A program made the position numbers and the translations under genes. 64,000 bases of DNA, taken from the NCBI GenBank assembly GCA_040767195.1, contig JAXGPA010000001.1:192001-256000 (forward strand), written 5' to 3'. The stretch's first letter is position 1. Each line of letters begins with the position of its first letter. Below are positions 1-10,443 of the stretch, one piece after another. The DNA comes from Syntrophales bacterium. GTDB taxonomy: Bacteria > Desulfobacterota > Syntrophia > Syntrophales > UBA6807. The notes below the pieces were generated by a model. That model saw only the letters and a program-made list of their open reading frames with translations. It was not told where the DNA came from and did no database searches.

Positions 1-272
1 GCGACATTCAGAAGCTTGATGACCTGCCGCAGGGGATCGGCGGGATCCCGATCCATGGATTCCCGGAAGGCCGCAAGGTCCCCGCCGGAACAGAAAGCCC
101 TGCCCGATCCGGTGATCACGACGGCGCGCGTTTCATCATCGTCGGCCGCCATCTCAAGAGCGTGAACCAGCTCGGCGAGATGTTCCGAATCCAGGGCATT
201 GAGAGATTTGGGGCGATTCAGCGTGATCGTCGTGACATTTTCCTCTTTTTGAAAAAGCAGATTTTGAAACAT
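1..272 (-). CDS. Enoyl-CoA hydratase/isomerase (crotonase) family protein, 3' end runs off window
   Basis: Manual translation from ATG at 272: MFQNLLFQKEENVTTITLNRPKSLNALD...AVVITGSGRAFCSGGDL, the typical crotonase N-terminus; purine-rich SD (GAGGGG) upstream. Not in the ORF track. Confidence 0.9.
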   Translation of the reverse strand, partial: MFQNLLFQKEENVTTITLNRPKSLNALDSEHLAELVHALEMAADDDETRAVVITGSGRAFCSGGDLAAFRESMDRDPADPLRQVIKLLNV

Positions 273-652
273 ATTTCCCCTCACTTTTCTGCAGACGGCC
301 TCGGAAATGGGAGCACCGTGGGATCATCCCTGGATGAAAATGGTTCCCTCTTTCAGCCTCTCGATGAAATGGAAAGAACTTTCGACAACTTTCGGAAAGC
401 CATTTTAGATAAAGATCCCCGGCCTGTCAACCCGCTCTCCCCTTCCAGGGGCAACGGAAATTGTCTTGACAGAGCCGTCAAAGATGAATAGCGTTTTACT
501 GGCCGTCGCGAAGAGCAACGCTCAGCAAACATCCAGACCCCTTTACGCAGGAACGCTTAACCCGCGCCTTGGAAGAGTCAAAAAGGTGCACCCCCTCTTT
601 TTTTAAAATCGGCTCGATACAGGGACGGCTGGAGGACAAGAAACGGCGAACC

Positions 653-1066
653 ATGAAAGTCATCATGCAGCCTGTCGGTTTCGTCCGGACGGAGGCCCGG
701 CAGATCCCGAAACATTTCTCCATTTCCCAGGTCGAAGGGGAACTGGTCATTGACGAAGCCTACCGGGACGGCCTGGAGGGGATCTCGCCGGGTGATCGAA
801 TCGTCGTCCTTTTCTGGTTCCACAAGAGTGAAAAGTTTTCCCCGGCCTACCTGAAGCAGTATCCCCGGGGGGACCGGCAACGCAAGAAACGGGGTGTTTT
901 CAATTTGTGCTCTCCCATTCGCCCGAATGCCATCGGCCTTTCCATCGTTCATGTCCTCGAAAAAAAAGGAACAACCCTGCGCGTCCGTGGCATCGACATG
1001 CTGGACGGGACACCGATCCTTGACCTGAAGCCCTGCACGGAAATCGAAGGGGATGGAAAGCCGTAA
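653..1066 (+). CDS. trmO: tRNA (N6-threonylcarbamoyladenosine37-N6)-methyltransferase TrmO/TsaA family
   Basis: Motifs PVGFV, LFWFH, RGVF..SPIRPNAIGLS, GIDMLDGTPILDLKP; start moved to ATG 653. Confidence 0.85.
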   Translation: MKVIMQPVGFVRTEARQIPKHFSISQVEGELVIDEAYRDGLEGISPGDRIVVLFWFHKSEKFSPAYLKQYPRGDRQRKKRGVFNLCSPIRPNAIGLSIVHVLEKKGTTLRVRGIDMLDGTPILDLKPCTEIEGDGKP

Positions 1067-1205
1067 AAACCATGGACATGGGGACCAACATCTTTTATAG
1101 TACGGTCCATCGGAAAAGGCCAAAGACCCCGGCATGGGCCCCTTGCCGGATAAGGAAGCGGCCGTTTAACGACCATGTCAACGGTGATACGGGACAGGAG
1201 GCAAC

Positions 1206-1610
1206 ATGGAAAAAAGTAGAACGGGCCTGATCTTCATTCTCATGCTGGCGGCCTGGCTGTCCGGCTGTGCCGCTCTGGGCGCTGGTGCCGCCGCTGTCAC
1301 GGCGGGGACGGGAACCTACCTGTATGTGAACGGAGAGATGAAGACCGATTACCCCTATTCCTTCGAACGGGTCTGGAAGGCCACTGAAAAGGTAATCGCC
1401 GCCATGAAGGGCACCGACGTGGTGCCTTCGAGAGAGATCAGCGAAGGAACCATCGAAGCCACCATTGACGGGGAGAGAGTCCGGTTTTTCGTGAAATACA
1501 AAGCCGTCAACGCCACCACCGTGGCGATCCGTGTGGGTGTTCTCGGAAGCGAGCAATCCTCCCAGTTTCTTCACGACAAGATTTCCCGTTTTCTGGCGGA
1601 CGGTTCTTAA
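1206..1610 (+). CDS. Lipoprotein (DUF3568-like)
   Basis: Lipobox LSGC after hydrophobic stretch, Gly/Ala-rich segment, SD AGGAGG. Confidence 0.7.
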   Translation: MEKSRTGLIFILMLAAWLSGCAALGAGAAAVTAGTGTYLYVNGEMKTDYPYSFERVWKATEKVIAAMKGTDVVPSREISEGTIEATIDGERVRFFVKYKAVNATTVAIRVGVLGSEQSSQFLHDKISRFLADGS

Positions 1611-1627
1611 AAGCCGCTTTTCCTGAC

Positions 1628-2590
1628 ATGTGGAAAAAACTCCTTCCGGGAATCCTCCTTGGCATTGTCTTCGGGTTTTTCGCATTGAAGGACGTCCATT
1701 ACGGGGAGGTTCTGGAAGGCGTGAAAAACGCGAAAAGAGGGTTCCTCTTCCTGTCCGCCGGTCTCCTTCTCGTCATGCAGGTCTTGAGATCCTACCGGTG
1801 GGGCGTCATCCTGAAACCCCTGACGCCGGTGGCTTCCCTGACGCTCTTTTCTGTCACCAGCGTCGGGTTCCTGGCCATCGCCGCCGTTCCCGCCCGGATC
1901 GGCGAGCTGGCCAGACCTTATCTGATCAGCCGCAGAACGAATCTTCCCTTGTCGTCGGGCATCGGATCGATCATCGTCGAGAGAGTGCTCGACGTTCTTT
2001 CCATTCTTCTCGTTCTTTCCATCGCCGTTTTTTTCTTCCCCATACCTTCCTGGATGATCCGGGGAAGCGCCCTTTTCTTCACCGCCATGGCTCTTTCCGT
2101 CGTCGTTTTCCTCGCCGTTCTGAAAGCGAAGGCTCCCCGCCGGGTCCTGCTTGGCTGGATAAACAGGCTTCCGGAAAAACAGGCCGGGAAGCTTCGAACA
2201 TGGACGGGACAGCTCGTGGACGGTTTGACCGCCTTCCGGAAAAAAGGGCTTATTTTCTATCTCGCCATCCTGTCTCTGGTCATCTGGTCGGTGAACGCCC
2301 TGGCCCTCTATGCTCTTTTTCTGGCCCTGGACATAGCCCTGCCCCTGTCGGCCGCTTATGCCCTTCTGGCCATGATCATCGTCGGTATCACACTCCCCGC
2401 TGCGCCCGGGTTCGTCGGAAACTGGCATTTTTTCTGTGTTCTCGGCCTGACGCTTTTCGGCATTTCGAGAACGGAAGCCCTGACCTATGCCGTTCTGAAT
2501 CATTTCATCAGCATGGCCGTCATTTTCTCACTGGGTCTTCTCTTTCTTCCCTCGAACATGGACATGTTCTCCCTGGAGAGAAAATCATGA
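1628..2590 (+). CDS. Lysylphosphatidylglycerol synthase TM-domain / UPF0104 flippase-like membrane protein
   Basis: Multiple TM helices, RSYRW, PARIGELAR, ERVLD, PAAPGFVG motifs. Confidence 0.8.
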   Translation: MWKKLLPGILLGIVFGFFALKDVHYGEVLEGVKNAKRGFLFLSAGLLLVMQVLRSYRWGVILKPLTPVASLTLFSVTSVGFLAIAAVPARIGELARPYLISRRTNLPLSSGIGSIIVERVLDVLSILLVLSIAVFFFPIPSWMIRGSALFFTAMALSVVVFLAVLKAKAPRRVLLGWINRLPEKQAGKLRTWTGQLVDGLTAFRKKGLIFYLAILSLVIWSVNALALYALFLALDIALPLSAAYALLAMIIVGITLPAAPGFVGNWHFFCVLGLTLFGISRTEALTYAVLNHFISMAVIFSLGLLFLPSNMDMFSLERKS

Positions 2591-2600
2591 CCTTCACGGC

Positions 2601-3977
2601 CTATCCGCCGGCATCTTCCTTTTTGACGTCAATCCCGTAACTGCGGATTTTACGGTGCAGGTTGCTCCGCTCCAGTCCGAGAGTCTTCGCCGTTCTCGAG
2701 ATGTTCCAGTCGTTTTCCTCGAGCTTTCGAAGGATGTACGTTTTTTCAAAATCGGCCTTCGCTTCCCTCAAGGACCCGGAGGGGTTCGACGCACTCTCGG
2801 CGGACGGCAGGTGTTTCTCTCCCAGGGGGGGGATGTCATCCTCCGTTATCAGATCGGCGGGTGTCATGATGACCAGTCGCTCGACGATGTTTTTCAGTTC
2901 CCGGACGTTTCCCGGCCAGTCATGTTTCTTGAAAAGCTCGATGGCTCCTTCGGTCATGTATTTTTCGGGAATACCCTCCTTTGCGGAAAACTCCTTCAGG
3001 AATCGTTGAACCAGGGGCGCGATATCCTCTTTCCGCGTTCTCAAAGCAGGGATATAAAGGGGTATGACGTGGAGACGGTAATAGAGATCCTGGCGGAACC
3101 GGCCTTCCTCCATTTCTTTTTCCAGGTCCTTGTTTGTCGCCGCCAGGACGCGAACATCCACGTCTATGTAACGGGCCCCGCCGACCCTCTCCAGCTTTTT
3201 CTCCTGGAGTATCCGGAGAATTTTCGCCTGGGCCTTGAGGCTCATGTCAGCCACTTCGTCGAGAAACATGGTCCCGCCGTCGGCCATTTCGAACTTCCCC
3301 CGTTTTTTCCCCGTCGCACCGGTAAAAGACCCTTTTTCGTGTCCGAAAAGTTCGCTTTCGATCAATTCCTCCGGGATGGCGGCGCAGTTGACCTCCACGA
3401 AGGGGGCGTCGGCCCTCCGGCTCTTCCTGTGAATGGACCGGGCCACAAGCTCCTTCCCCGTGCCGTTCTCACCCATGATGAGAACCCAGGCATTCGTCGG
3501 GGCAATAATCTGTATCATTTCACGGAGTTCATCGATCTCCCGGCTGCTCCCCGTCAGTTCATAATCATGCTGGATCTTTCTTTTCAGGAGCCTGTTTTCC
3601 TCCTCCAGGCGGGCCATTTCCAGGGCGTGACCGACAATGAGAACAATCTTCTCGAGAGACAGGGGTTTTTCCACAAAATCGAAGGCGCCCAGCTTTGTCG
3701 ACTTCACCGCCGATTCAATGGTTCCATGACCGGACATCATGATGACCTGGATCTGGGGATACCGGGATTTGACGACTTTCAGGACATCGACGCCGTCCAT
3801 GCCGGGAAGCCAGATGTCCAGCAGAATCAGGTCGGGCAGTTCGTCCTCGATGATCTGGAGACATTCCTCTCCGCTCCCGGCGGTCATGACATCATAGCCC
3901 TCGTCGGCAAGAATTCCCTTCAGGGAAAGACAGATGCTCTCTTCGTCGTCAACGACAAGAATGGACTTGTGTCTCAT
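2601..3977 (-). CDS. ntrX: Sigma54-dependent response regulator NtrX (REC-AAA-Fis HTH)
   Basis: REC domain (DDE, LLDIWLPGMDG), GENGTGKE, GSFTGA, C-terminal HTH; coupled to ntrY. Confidence 0.9.
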   Translation of the reverse strand: MRHKSILVVDDEESICLSLKGILADEGYDVMTAGSGEECLQIIEDELPDLILLDIWLPGMDGVDVLKVVKSRYPQIQVIMMSGHGTIESAVKSTKLGAFDFVEKPLSLEKIVLIVGHALEMARLEEENRLLKRKIQHDYELTGSSREIDELREMIQIIAPTNAWVLIMGENGTGKELVARSIHRKSRRADAPFVEVNCAAIPEELIESELFGHEKGSFTGATGKKRGKFEMADGGTMFLDEVADMSLKAQAKILRILQEKKLERVGGARYIDVDVRVLAATNKDLEKEMEEGRFRQDLYYRLHVIPLYIPALRTRKEDIAPLVQRFLKEFSAKEGIPEKYMTEGAIELFKKHDWPGNVRELKNIVERLVIMTPADLITEDDIPPLGEKHLPSAESASNPSGSLREAKADFEKTYILRKLEENDWNISRTAKTLGLERSNLHRKIRSYGIDVKKEDAGG

Positions 3978-6220
3978 GCCTCAGCTCTTGCGATCTTTTC
4001 GGGGATGGGAAGTTTGAAGGCGATGGTCATTCCTTTCAAGGGATTGTCCCGGACAGTCACCGTTCCCCCGTGATCCCGGATGATGGAATCCACGATGGCG
4101 AGCCCCAGGCCGGTCCCTGATTTTTTTGTGGAAAAATAAGGTTCGAACATGCGGAGCCTGTCCGTGGGGGATATCCCGGGGCCGTCATCGGACACCTCCA
4201 CCAGGACCTTGTCTTCTCCCGCCAGCTGGGACGTCTTCACAGCCACCGTTCCCTCCCGCCGGGAGGACTGGATCGCTTCAACGGCATTGTCCAGGAGATT
4301 GACCATGATCCTCCGGATCTGCTCCCCGTCGAAGCTGAAAACGGGCAGAGATTCATCCTCGTGGAAGCGAAAAGCCACTCCCTTGTGGGAGTCCTGATAG
4401 AGCGCAAGGGTTTCACGGATAACGCCGTTGAGATCATTGGGCTCGGGATGCGTAACGGGCATCCGGGCGAACCGCGAAAATTCATTGACCAGGTTCTTCA
4501 AGGCCGCTACCTGGTTGATGATGGTTTTCGTGCACTCACTGAAAACGTCCCGATCAGCCTCGGCCACCGACTCTCCGTAACGTCTCTGAAGCCTTTCAGC
4601 ACAAAGCTGGATGGGTGTCAAAGGATTTTTAATCTCGTGGGCCATTCTACGGGCGATTTCCCGCCAGGCGGCCGCCCGCTCCGCCTTCTGCAGTTCCGTC
4701 AGGTCCTCGAAAACAACCACGAGACCCACATAATTGAGATCGTCGTCCCTGAGAACCGTCATGGCCACGAGAACCGTCATGATCCGATCCTTGACGGTGA
4801 TCTGAAGCTGTTTCTCCAGGCTGTCCAGGCCGCCGTCATTCAGTTCTTTCAAAAAGGGCAGGGCCATTTCCAGGTATTCCCCTTTGAGAACTTCCTCGTA
4901 CTTTCGAAAGAGGACCTTGTCCGTCTTGATCCCGAGCATCCGTTCCGCCGCCCGGTTGATCGTCGTGATAGCGCCGTTGCGGTCTATGGAAACGACCCCT
5001 GCGGAAACGTTCCGAAGAATCGTTTCCATGTACTTTCGGCGCTGATCCAGGTCCAGGTTGGCCGCCCTGAGGCTCGCGCTGCTCGTTGAAAGATCCCTGG
5101 TCATACGGTTGAACGAATCGACAAGAATCCCGATTTCATCATCGGCGAGGACATCGATGTGATGGTTCAGGTTTCCCCGGGCAACCTCCTTCGTCGCCTC
5201 GGCAAGGTCCTGGATAGGCATGGTGATCCCCCGGGCCAGGTAAATGCCGAACCAGGTGGCGGAAAAGATAATGAGGAGCGTTACGATGAAAAGGATGACC
5301 GTGTAGCTGATTTTGATGGGATTCTTCAGCAGGGCGAATTGTTTGTATTCTTCCGAGGTCCTGGCGATGATGGTCATCTTGTCCACAAGATCCTTGGGGA
5401 TGAAGTAACTCACAATGACGGCCCCGATAATTTCACTGGGGTTGAACGCGGAAAAGACGGGGGCAAAACCGCTGATGAGGTCCCCTGAACCCATCGATTC
5501 GACCATGGAAAAGTCTTTTCCCTTGTAAACATCGCCGAGAGCCTTGGGCTTCGATTTGAGTATTGATATCTCGGGATAGCCCGGTGTTCGAAAAATAAGT
5601 TCCCGCTTTCCCGGCTCAAAATAGATTTCCACACAATCAATGGGATTCAGGGACTGGCGGTTTTTCACCAGGGCGTCCAGGTACGAACGACGGTCTTCTT
5701 CATAGAGACGGTTCGTCGTAATCTCGGAGCCGAACTGCCGCGCGTATCCCCTGGCGGTGTCTGAAACGTCCTGGTAATAGTCCTGGGCGATTTCCAGGGA
5801 ACTGCTCAAGGCACCGGCGATTTTGACGTTGAACCACCGGTCGATGCTGTAGGACAGGAACTTTATGGCCACGAGAAACAGAACGATGGTCGGAATGAGG
5901 GACAGGCTTACGAAGGCAAGAACCAGCTTGGTGCTGAGCCGCGAGCCGAGAATCCCCTTCCGCCTGTCGAAAACGACTTTGACGATGTTTCGGACGATGA
6001 GAAAGATGAGAAGGAGTATGAGAATGAAATTGATGTTGATGAGGCCGAAAATGAGAACTTCGTTTGAAAAGGGAACGATTTTCTCCACCCTGGCCAGGTG
6101 GCTTTCCGTATAGGTGAGAAGAAGAATGACCGCGATGACGACAACGGCAATGATCCCTTCCCGTCTCCTGCGCCTTCTTTCGCGGTCTTCCTGTGTTGTG
6201 TTCCGGGCGCCCGTTTCCAT
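3974..6220 (-). CDS. ntrY: Sensor histidine kinase NtrY (HAMP-PAS-HisKA-HATPase)
   Basis: AWREIARRMAHEIKNPLTPIQL H-box, NLLDNA, DDGPG, GTGLGL. Confidence 0.9.
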   Translation of the reverse strand: METGARNTTQEDRERRRRRREGIIAVVVIAVILLLTYTESHLARVEKIVPFSNEVLIFGLININFILILLLIFLIVRNIVKVVFDRRKGILGSRLSTKLVLAFVSLSLIPTIVLFLVAIKFLSYSIDRWFNVKIAGALSSSLEIAQDYYQDVSDTARGYARQFGSEITTNRLYEEDRRSYLDALVKNRQSLNPIDCVEIYFEPGKRELIFRTPGYPEISILKSKPKALGDVYKGKDFSMVESMGSGDLISGFAPVFSAFNPSEIIGAVIVSYFIPKDLVDKMTIIARTSEEYKQFALLKNPIKISYTVILFIVTLLIIFSATWFGIYLARGITMPIQDLAEATKEVARGNLNHHIDVLADDEIGILVDSFNRMTRDLSTSSASLRAANLDLDQRRKYMETILRNVSAGVVSIDRNGAITTINRAAERMLGIKTDKVLFRKYEEVLKGEYLEMALPFLKELNDGGLDSLEKQLQITVKDRIMTVLVAMTVLRDDDLNYVGLVVVFEDLTELQKAERAAAWREIARRMAHEIKNPLTPIQLCAERLQRRYGESVAEADRDVFSECTKTIINQVAALKNLVNEFSRFARMPVTHPEPNDLNGVIRETLALYQDSHKGVAFRFHEDESLPVFSFDGEQIRRIMVNLLDNAVEAIQSSRREGTVAVKTSQLAGEDKVLVEVSDDGPGISPTDRLRMFEPYFSTKKSGTGLGLAIVDSIIRDHGGTVTVRDNPLKGMTIAFKLPIPEKIARAEA

Positions 6221-6223
6221 GTG

Positions 6224-6796
6224 TCAGTATGTGAAATCCTCTCGCAGCCAGGGGGTTTCGAAATCCCAGAGGGATACGAAGAAAAAAACATATTCCATGT
6301 GAAGAGGGAGACGGAAGCGGTCCATCCGCGATTTGACGCGGACATAGTAACGGGCGCCCCTTTCCATCACCCCCAGGGAAGCGAGGACGATCCCGTTGAC
6401 ATCGGACATGGCATCCCTGGCCTCCGAGAAGCTTGTCAGCTGGTGCACTTCCTCTTCATTTCCGTCTTTCTGAAAGGTTACGAAAAATAGTTTCTTCACG
6501 GCATCGTACTTGATCGTGTGCTTCACTTCCACGGACGCTATTTCCTTGTCGAACCAGAAGCCCCTGACCCGCTTGAGTTCGACATAGGATGTGAAGGTAG
6601 TGGGAATGCCGGCGAGAATGGCTTCCTCCATCTTCTTCGTGAAACAGCCTTTCAGGCGGAAATACACAAGGAGGTGTTCCGGCGTGTTCGTCAGAAGAAG
6701 GTCCGATATGACAGCCTTGTCACCGAAGGCGCGACCGGGAGAGAGACTGGCTGCAAGGACCGCGACGAGAATAAAAAAAACGGAAAAACGTCTCAA
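6224..6796 (-). CDS. Exported DUF4390-like protein upstream of ntrY
   Basis: Signal peptide, C-terminal WDFETPW, position before ntrYX. Confidence 0.7.
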   Translation of the reverse strand: MRRFSVFFILVAVLAASLSPGRAFGDKAVISDLLLTNTPEHLLVYFRLKGCFTKKMEEAILAGIPTTFTSYVELKRVRGFWFDKEIASVEVKHTIKYDAVKKLFFVTFQKDGNEEEVHQLTSFSEARDAMSDVNGIVLASLGVMERGARYYVRVKSRMDRFRLPLHMEYVFFFVSLWDFETPWLREDFTY

Positions 6797-7026
6797 ATCG
6801 TTTCTTCCCTGAACAGGGCTCGGGGTCTTTCCGGGACCCCCGACGGATCACTGTCTCATGAGGCCAGGACCCGATCCGTTCATCAATCTCTAATTTGCCG
6901 ATATCCTAAGAGAAGGAGGGACAAAAAGCAAGGGCAATCTTGACGGGAGCAGGCGGACTTCACCGTTATTCTCGTTTTTTCAGTCTGCCTGAAAAGGGAA
7001 AGATGGGGAGAACACCTGTGTTCTTC

Positions 7027-7956
7027 TCAGAGAGGGGACCCGATCTCGAGAAAGGTCCCGGGAAATGCCTCATGGCCCCCCTGTCTGCCGTCGGTAACCA
7101 TCCCGTTCTCCAGGATTTTCCAGGAGTCCCGGGAGGCCAGGAGTTTTTCCAAAAGCATGTTGTTCAGCTTGTGCCCCGATTTTTTCGCCACGAAATGGCC
7201 GAGGATGGGCATACCCAGGAGAAACAGGTCGCCAACGGCATCCAGGATCTTGTGGCGGACGAATTCGTCGGGAAAGCGGAGGCCTTCCTTGTTGATGACT
7301 TTCTCATCATCCAGAACGACGGCCGTCTTCAGGGAGCCGCCGAGGGCAAGCCCCTTGGCCTGAAGATACTCCACGTCTTTCAGGAAGCCGAATGTTCTGG
7401 CGGGAGAGATTGATTTCTCATAGGCCTCGGGCGAAAAAACCATGGTGTAGGTCTGCTTTTTAACCAGGGGGTGGTTGAACTCAATGGTATAGGTGATCCT
7501 GAACTCCGGGGCGGGCAAAAAAGAGGCTTCGCCTTCCCCGTCGGTCACAGAAACGGGTTTCTCTATCACCATCCATTTCCGGGGCCTGTCCTGCCCGCGA
7601 AGCCCCGCGTTTTTAAGCAGACTGATGAACGGCCGGGAACTCCCGTCCATGATGGGAATTTCACAGCAGTCGATTTCAACGACGGCGTTGTCCACGCCGG
7701 CGCCGCGGAACGCCGAGAGAAGGTGTTCCACCGTGGAAATTCTTGTGCCGTTGGAGCCGATGGTCGTCGCCAGGGTCGTGTCGCACACGTGTTCAAGCCG
7801 CGCTTCAACGACGGGGTTCCTCGAAATGTCCCTGCGATGGAAAACCACGCCCGAATCGGCCTCGCCGGGCCGGATGGTCATGTTAATCTTTCTTCCCGTG
7901 TGAAGACCCACCCCGTGGCACCGGATGGCAGTGGCCACCGTCTTCTGATACTCCAT
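7027..7956 (-). CDS. lpxC: UDP-3-O-acyl-N-acetylglucosamine deacetylase
   Basis: GVGLHTG, TVEHLLSA, EIPIMDGS, ARTFGF, HKILDAVGDL, KSGH motifs. Confidence 0.97.
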   Translation of the reverse strand: MEYQKTVATAIRCHGVGLHTGRKINMTIRPGEADSGVVFHRRDISRNPVVEARLEHVCDTTLATTIGSNGTRISTVEHLLSAFRGAGVDNAVVEIDCCEIPIMDGSSRPFISLLKNAGLRGQDRPRKWMVIEKPVSVTDGEGEASFLPAPEFRITYTIEFNHPLVKKQTYTMVFSPEAYEKSISPARTFGFLKDVEYLQAKGLALGGSLKTAVVLDDEKVINKEGLRFPDEFVRHKILDAVGDLFLLGMPILGHFVAKKSGHKLNNMLLEKLLASRDSWKILENGMVTDGRQGGHEAFPGTFLEIGSPL

Positions 7957-7998
7957 GTAAGCCTTCTCCCCGGTTTTTATTGTAATAAGTTAAAGCAG

Positions 7999-8014
7999 AG
8001 CAACTTTCGTACCA
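7999..8014 (-). promoter_or_regulatory. Sigma54 (-24/-12) promoter upstream of lpxC
   Basis: Minus strand TGGTACGAAAGTTGCT versus consensus TGGCAC-N5-TTGCW, about 40 nt before the lpxC ATG; AT-rich tract upstream. Confidence 0.65.
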
Positions 8015-8173
8015 CCGTGGTCCCCGCCGACCCGTTTTTGAGGAGGTTATTTATCAGCAATATAATCAATTATATAGGAACTTTTTTTCTCAACACGCGT
8101 TCCCCGATCCCGATCCGGCGGACGCAACTGTATCAAACAGGACACAGGGACGTGAAAGAAAGGAATGAACCCC

Positions 8174-8722
8174 CTATTCGAATTCATGCCACCCCTTCTT
8201 CATGAATCGCTCCTTCTCGCTGTAAACACAGCCGCAGTAAGGCTGCCGGTACATGTCCAGATCCCGGGAGGCGGCTACCCCCTCGTTCCATCCTTTTCGA
8301 AAGTCCTCATAATAAAATGGAACCTCCCACTCCCGTGACAGGATTTCCCCCGTCTCCCGGACGAGATCGTGCTTCTGAAAGCGGCTGTAAAGGATGGTCG
8401 TGGAAAAGGCGTCATACCCTCCCTCCCGGGCTATCCTGGCCGTCTCGGCCAATCTCATGGCGTAGCAGGTTCGGCATCTGTCCCCGGCACCGTCGGCGGT
8501 CGCACGGAGGAATGCTTCCAGGGGATAGTCCCCTGAAAAGATCAATGCCAGGTCCTTTTGTCGGGCGTAAGTGACCAGTGTTTCAAGGCGTTTCCGGTAT
8601 TCCCGGAAAGGGTGTATGTTGGGGTTGTAGTAAAGGCCTGTCACGTCGACCCCCTCTTCCCGGAGTCTTTTGAGGGGATAGATGACGCAGGGACCACAGC
8701 AGATATGGAGAAGAAGCTTCAT
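8174..8722 (-). CDS. queH: Epoxyqueuosine reductase QueH
   Basis: [39 protein letters not shown] overlaps ruvB stop. Confidence 0.9.
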   Translation of the reverse strand: MKLLLHICCGPCVIYPLKRLREEGVDVTGLYYNPNIHPFREYRKRLETLVTYARQKDLALIFSGDYPLEAFLRATADGAGDRCRTCYAMRLAETARIAREGGYDAFSTTILYSRFQKHDLVRETGEILSREWEVPFYYEDFRKGWNEGVAASRDLDMYRQPYCGCVYSEKERFMKKGWHEFE

Positions 8723-9828
8723 TTTTCCTTTTCGTCCGGTTCCCCAGGAAAGGAATCCCCGGCGGCGGTCGCCTCCGGAAACAGAATCCCCTGGCTTCCC
8801 CGCCGCGATCGTCCGAAGTGACGGAAGCACAACTCCGTGGCCACCCGACCCCGGGCCGTTCTTTGAATGTATCCTTCCTGAACGAGGTACGGCTCGTAGA
8901 CATCCTCCAGGGTTGTCTTTTCTTCCCCGATAGCCGCCGCCAGCGTGTCGATCCCCACGGGGCCGCCGTCGAATTTGTCCATGATGGCAAGCAGGATCGT
9001 CCGGTCCATGGCGTCGAACCCCCGGGAATCCACGTCAAGCATGGCCAGGGCCTCCGTGACCACGGACCGGTCCACCGCATCCCGGCCCCAGACCTGGGCA
9101 AAATCCCGGATTCTCCGAAGGAGCCGGTTCGCGATCCGCGGGGTCCCACGGGAACGCCGGGCCATTTCCGCCGCCCCTTCCCGGGTTATGGACACATCGA
9201 GGATGTTCGCAGACCGCTCGACGATCACCGAAAGCTCTTCCACATCGTAAAAATTGAGGCGGAAACTCATGCCGAAGCGATCCCGAAGCGGGGAGGTGAG
9301 AAGACCGGCCCGGGTGGTGGCCCCGATAAGGGTGAACCGGGGTATGGATAGCTTCATGGATCGGGCCGACGGACCCTGACCGATCATGATGTCGATGTGA
9401 AAGTCTTCCATGGCGGGATAGAGGATTTCCTCGACGACATGGGGGAGCCGGTGAATCTCGTCGATGAAGAGGATGTCGTGATCGTGAAGGTTGGTGAGTA
9501 TGGCCGCCAGGTCACCGGGCCTTTCAATGACGGGACCGGAGGTCACCTTGATGTCCACGCCCATCTCCCGGGCGGTGATGTAGGCCAGGGTCGTTTTCCC
9601 GAGGCCCGGGGGTCCGTACAGAAGGACGTGATCGATCGGTTCATCTCTCTTTTTGGCCGCCTCGATGAAAACGGACAGATTGTTCCGGATCTTCTCCTGG
9701 CCGACGTACTCGGAAAGGGTCCGGGGACGGAGCGACCGCTCTACCCCCCCTTCCCCTTCGATGATGCAGGAGGAAATGAGAGGGTCCCGCGACATTTTTT
9801 TTTCATCGGTTGCTTTTACCATCGCCAA
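8719..9828 (-). CDS. ruvB: Holliday junction branch migration helicase RuvB
   Basis: [40 protein letters not shown]; exact start uncertain. Confidence 0.97.
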   Translation of the reverse strand: MAMVKATDEKKMSRDPLISSCIIEGEGGVERSLRPRTLSEYVGQEKIRNNLSVFIEAAKKRDEPIDHVLLYGPPGLGKTTLAYITAREMGVDIKVTSGPVIERPGDLAAILTNLHDHDILFIDEIHRLPHVVEEILYPAMEDFHIDIMIGQGPSARSMKLSIPRFTLIGATTRAGLLTSPLRDRFGMSFRLNFYDVEELSVIVERSANILDVSITREGAAEMARRSRGTPRIANRLLRRIRDFAQVWGRDAVDRSVVTEALAMLDVDSRGFDAMDRTILLAIMDKFDGGPVGIDTLAAAIGEEKTTLEDVYEPYLVQEGYIQRTARGRVATELCFRHFGRSRRGSQGILFPEATAAGDSFPGEPDEKEK

Positions 9829-9834
9829 GCCCCC

Positions 9835-10443
9835 TTAACCCGCCAGTATCCGGAGCGTTTTTTTAAGGAGAAGGTCCAGGGAAACGGCGGAATCGCTGTC
9901 CTGGCAGGCCTTGTCAATGGCCTTTTCCGCCACGGCGGCCCGGTAACCCAGGTTCACCAGGGCCGACAGGGCTTCGCGGCGGATGACTTCTCCGGCCTCT
10001 TCCTCCCTCCGTAGACCGTCGACGCCGTCGCCGAAAGAAATCTTCCCTATTTTTTCCTTCATCTCGAAGATGAGTCTTTCCGCCATTTTTCGGCCCACAC
10101 CGGGAACATTGAGGAGTTTTTTGACGTCGCCTTCCCGAATGGCCACGCAGAGGTTTTCCGACGAGATGCCCGAGAGAACACCCAGGGCGAGGCGGGGACC
10201 GAAACCGGACACGGAAATCACGATACGGAAAAGGTCGCGGTCCTTTTCCCTGAGGAAGCCGAAGAGGGCCATGTCGTCCTGGCGGACGTGGGTGTGGGTA
10301 TACAGCACGACCGTTTCCCCCTCGCCGGGAAGTTCGTAGAAAGTCGTCAGGGGAATGTGGATGGAATAACCGACGCCGCCCACATCGATGACGGCACGGG
10401 CCGCATCCTTGGAGACAAGAACCCCCGTGATCCGGGCAATCAC
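9835..10443 (-). CDS. ruvA: Holliday junction branch migration protein RuvA
   Basis: VGGVGY, HhH motifs VSGFGPRLAL and VPGVGRKMAER, ALVNLGY. Confidence 0.95.
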   Translation of the reverse strand: MIARITGVLVSKDAARAVIDVGGVGYSIHIPLTTFYELPGEGETVVLYTHTHVRQDDMALFGFLREKDRDLFRIVISVSGFGPRLALGVLSGISSENLCVAIREGDVKKLLNVPGVGRKMAERLIFEMKEKIGKISFGDGVDGLRREEEAGEVIRREALSALVNLGYRAAVAEKAIDKACQDSDSAVSLDLLLKKTLRILAG

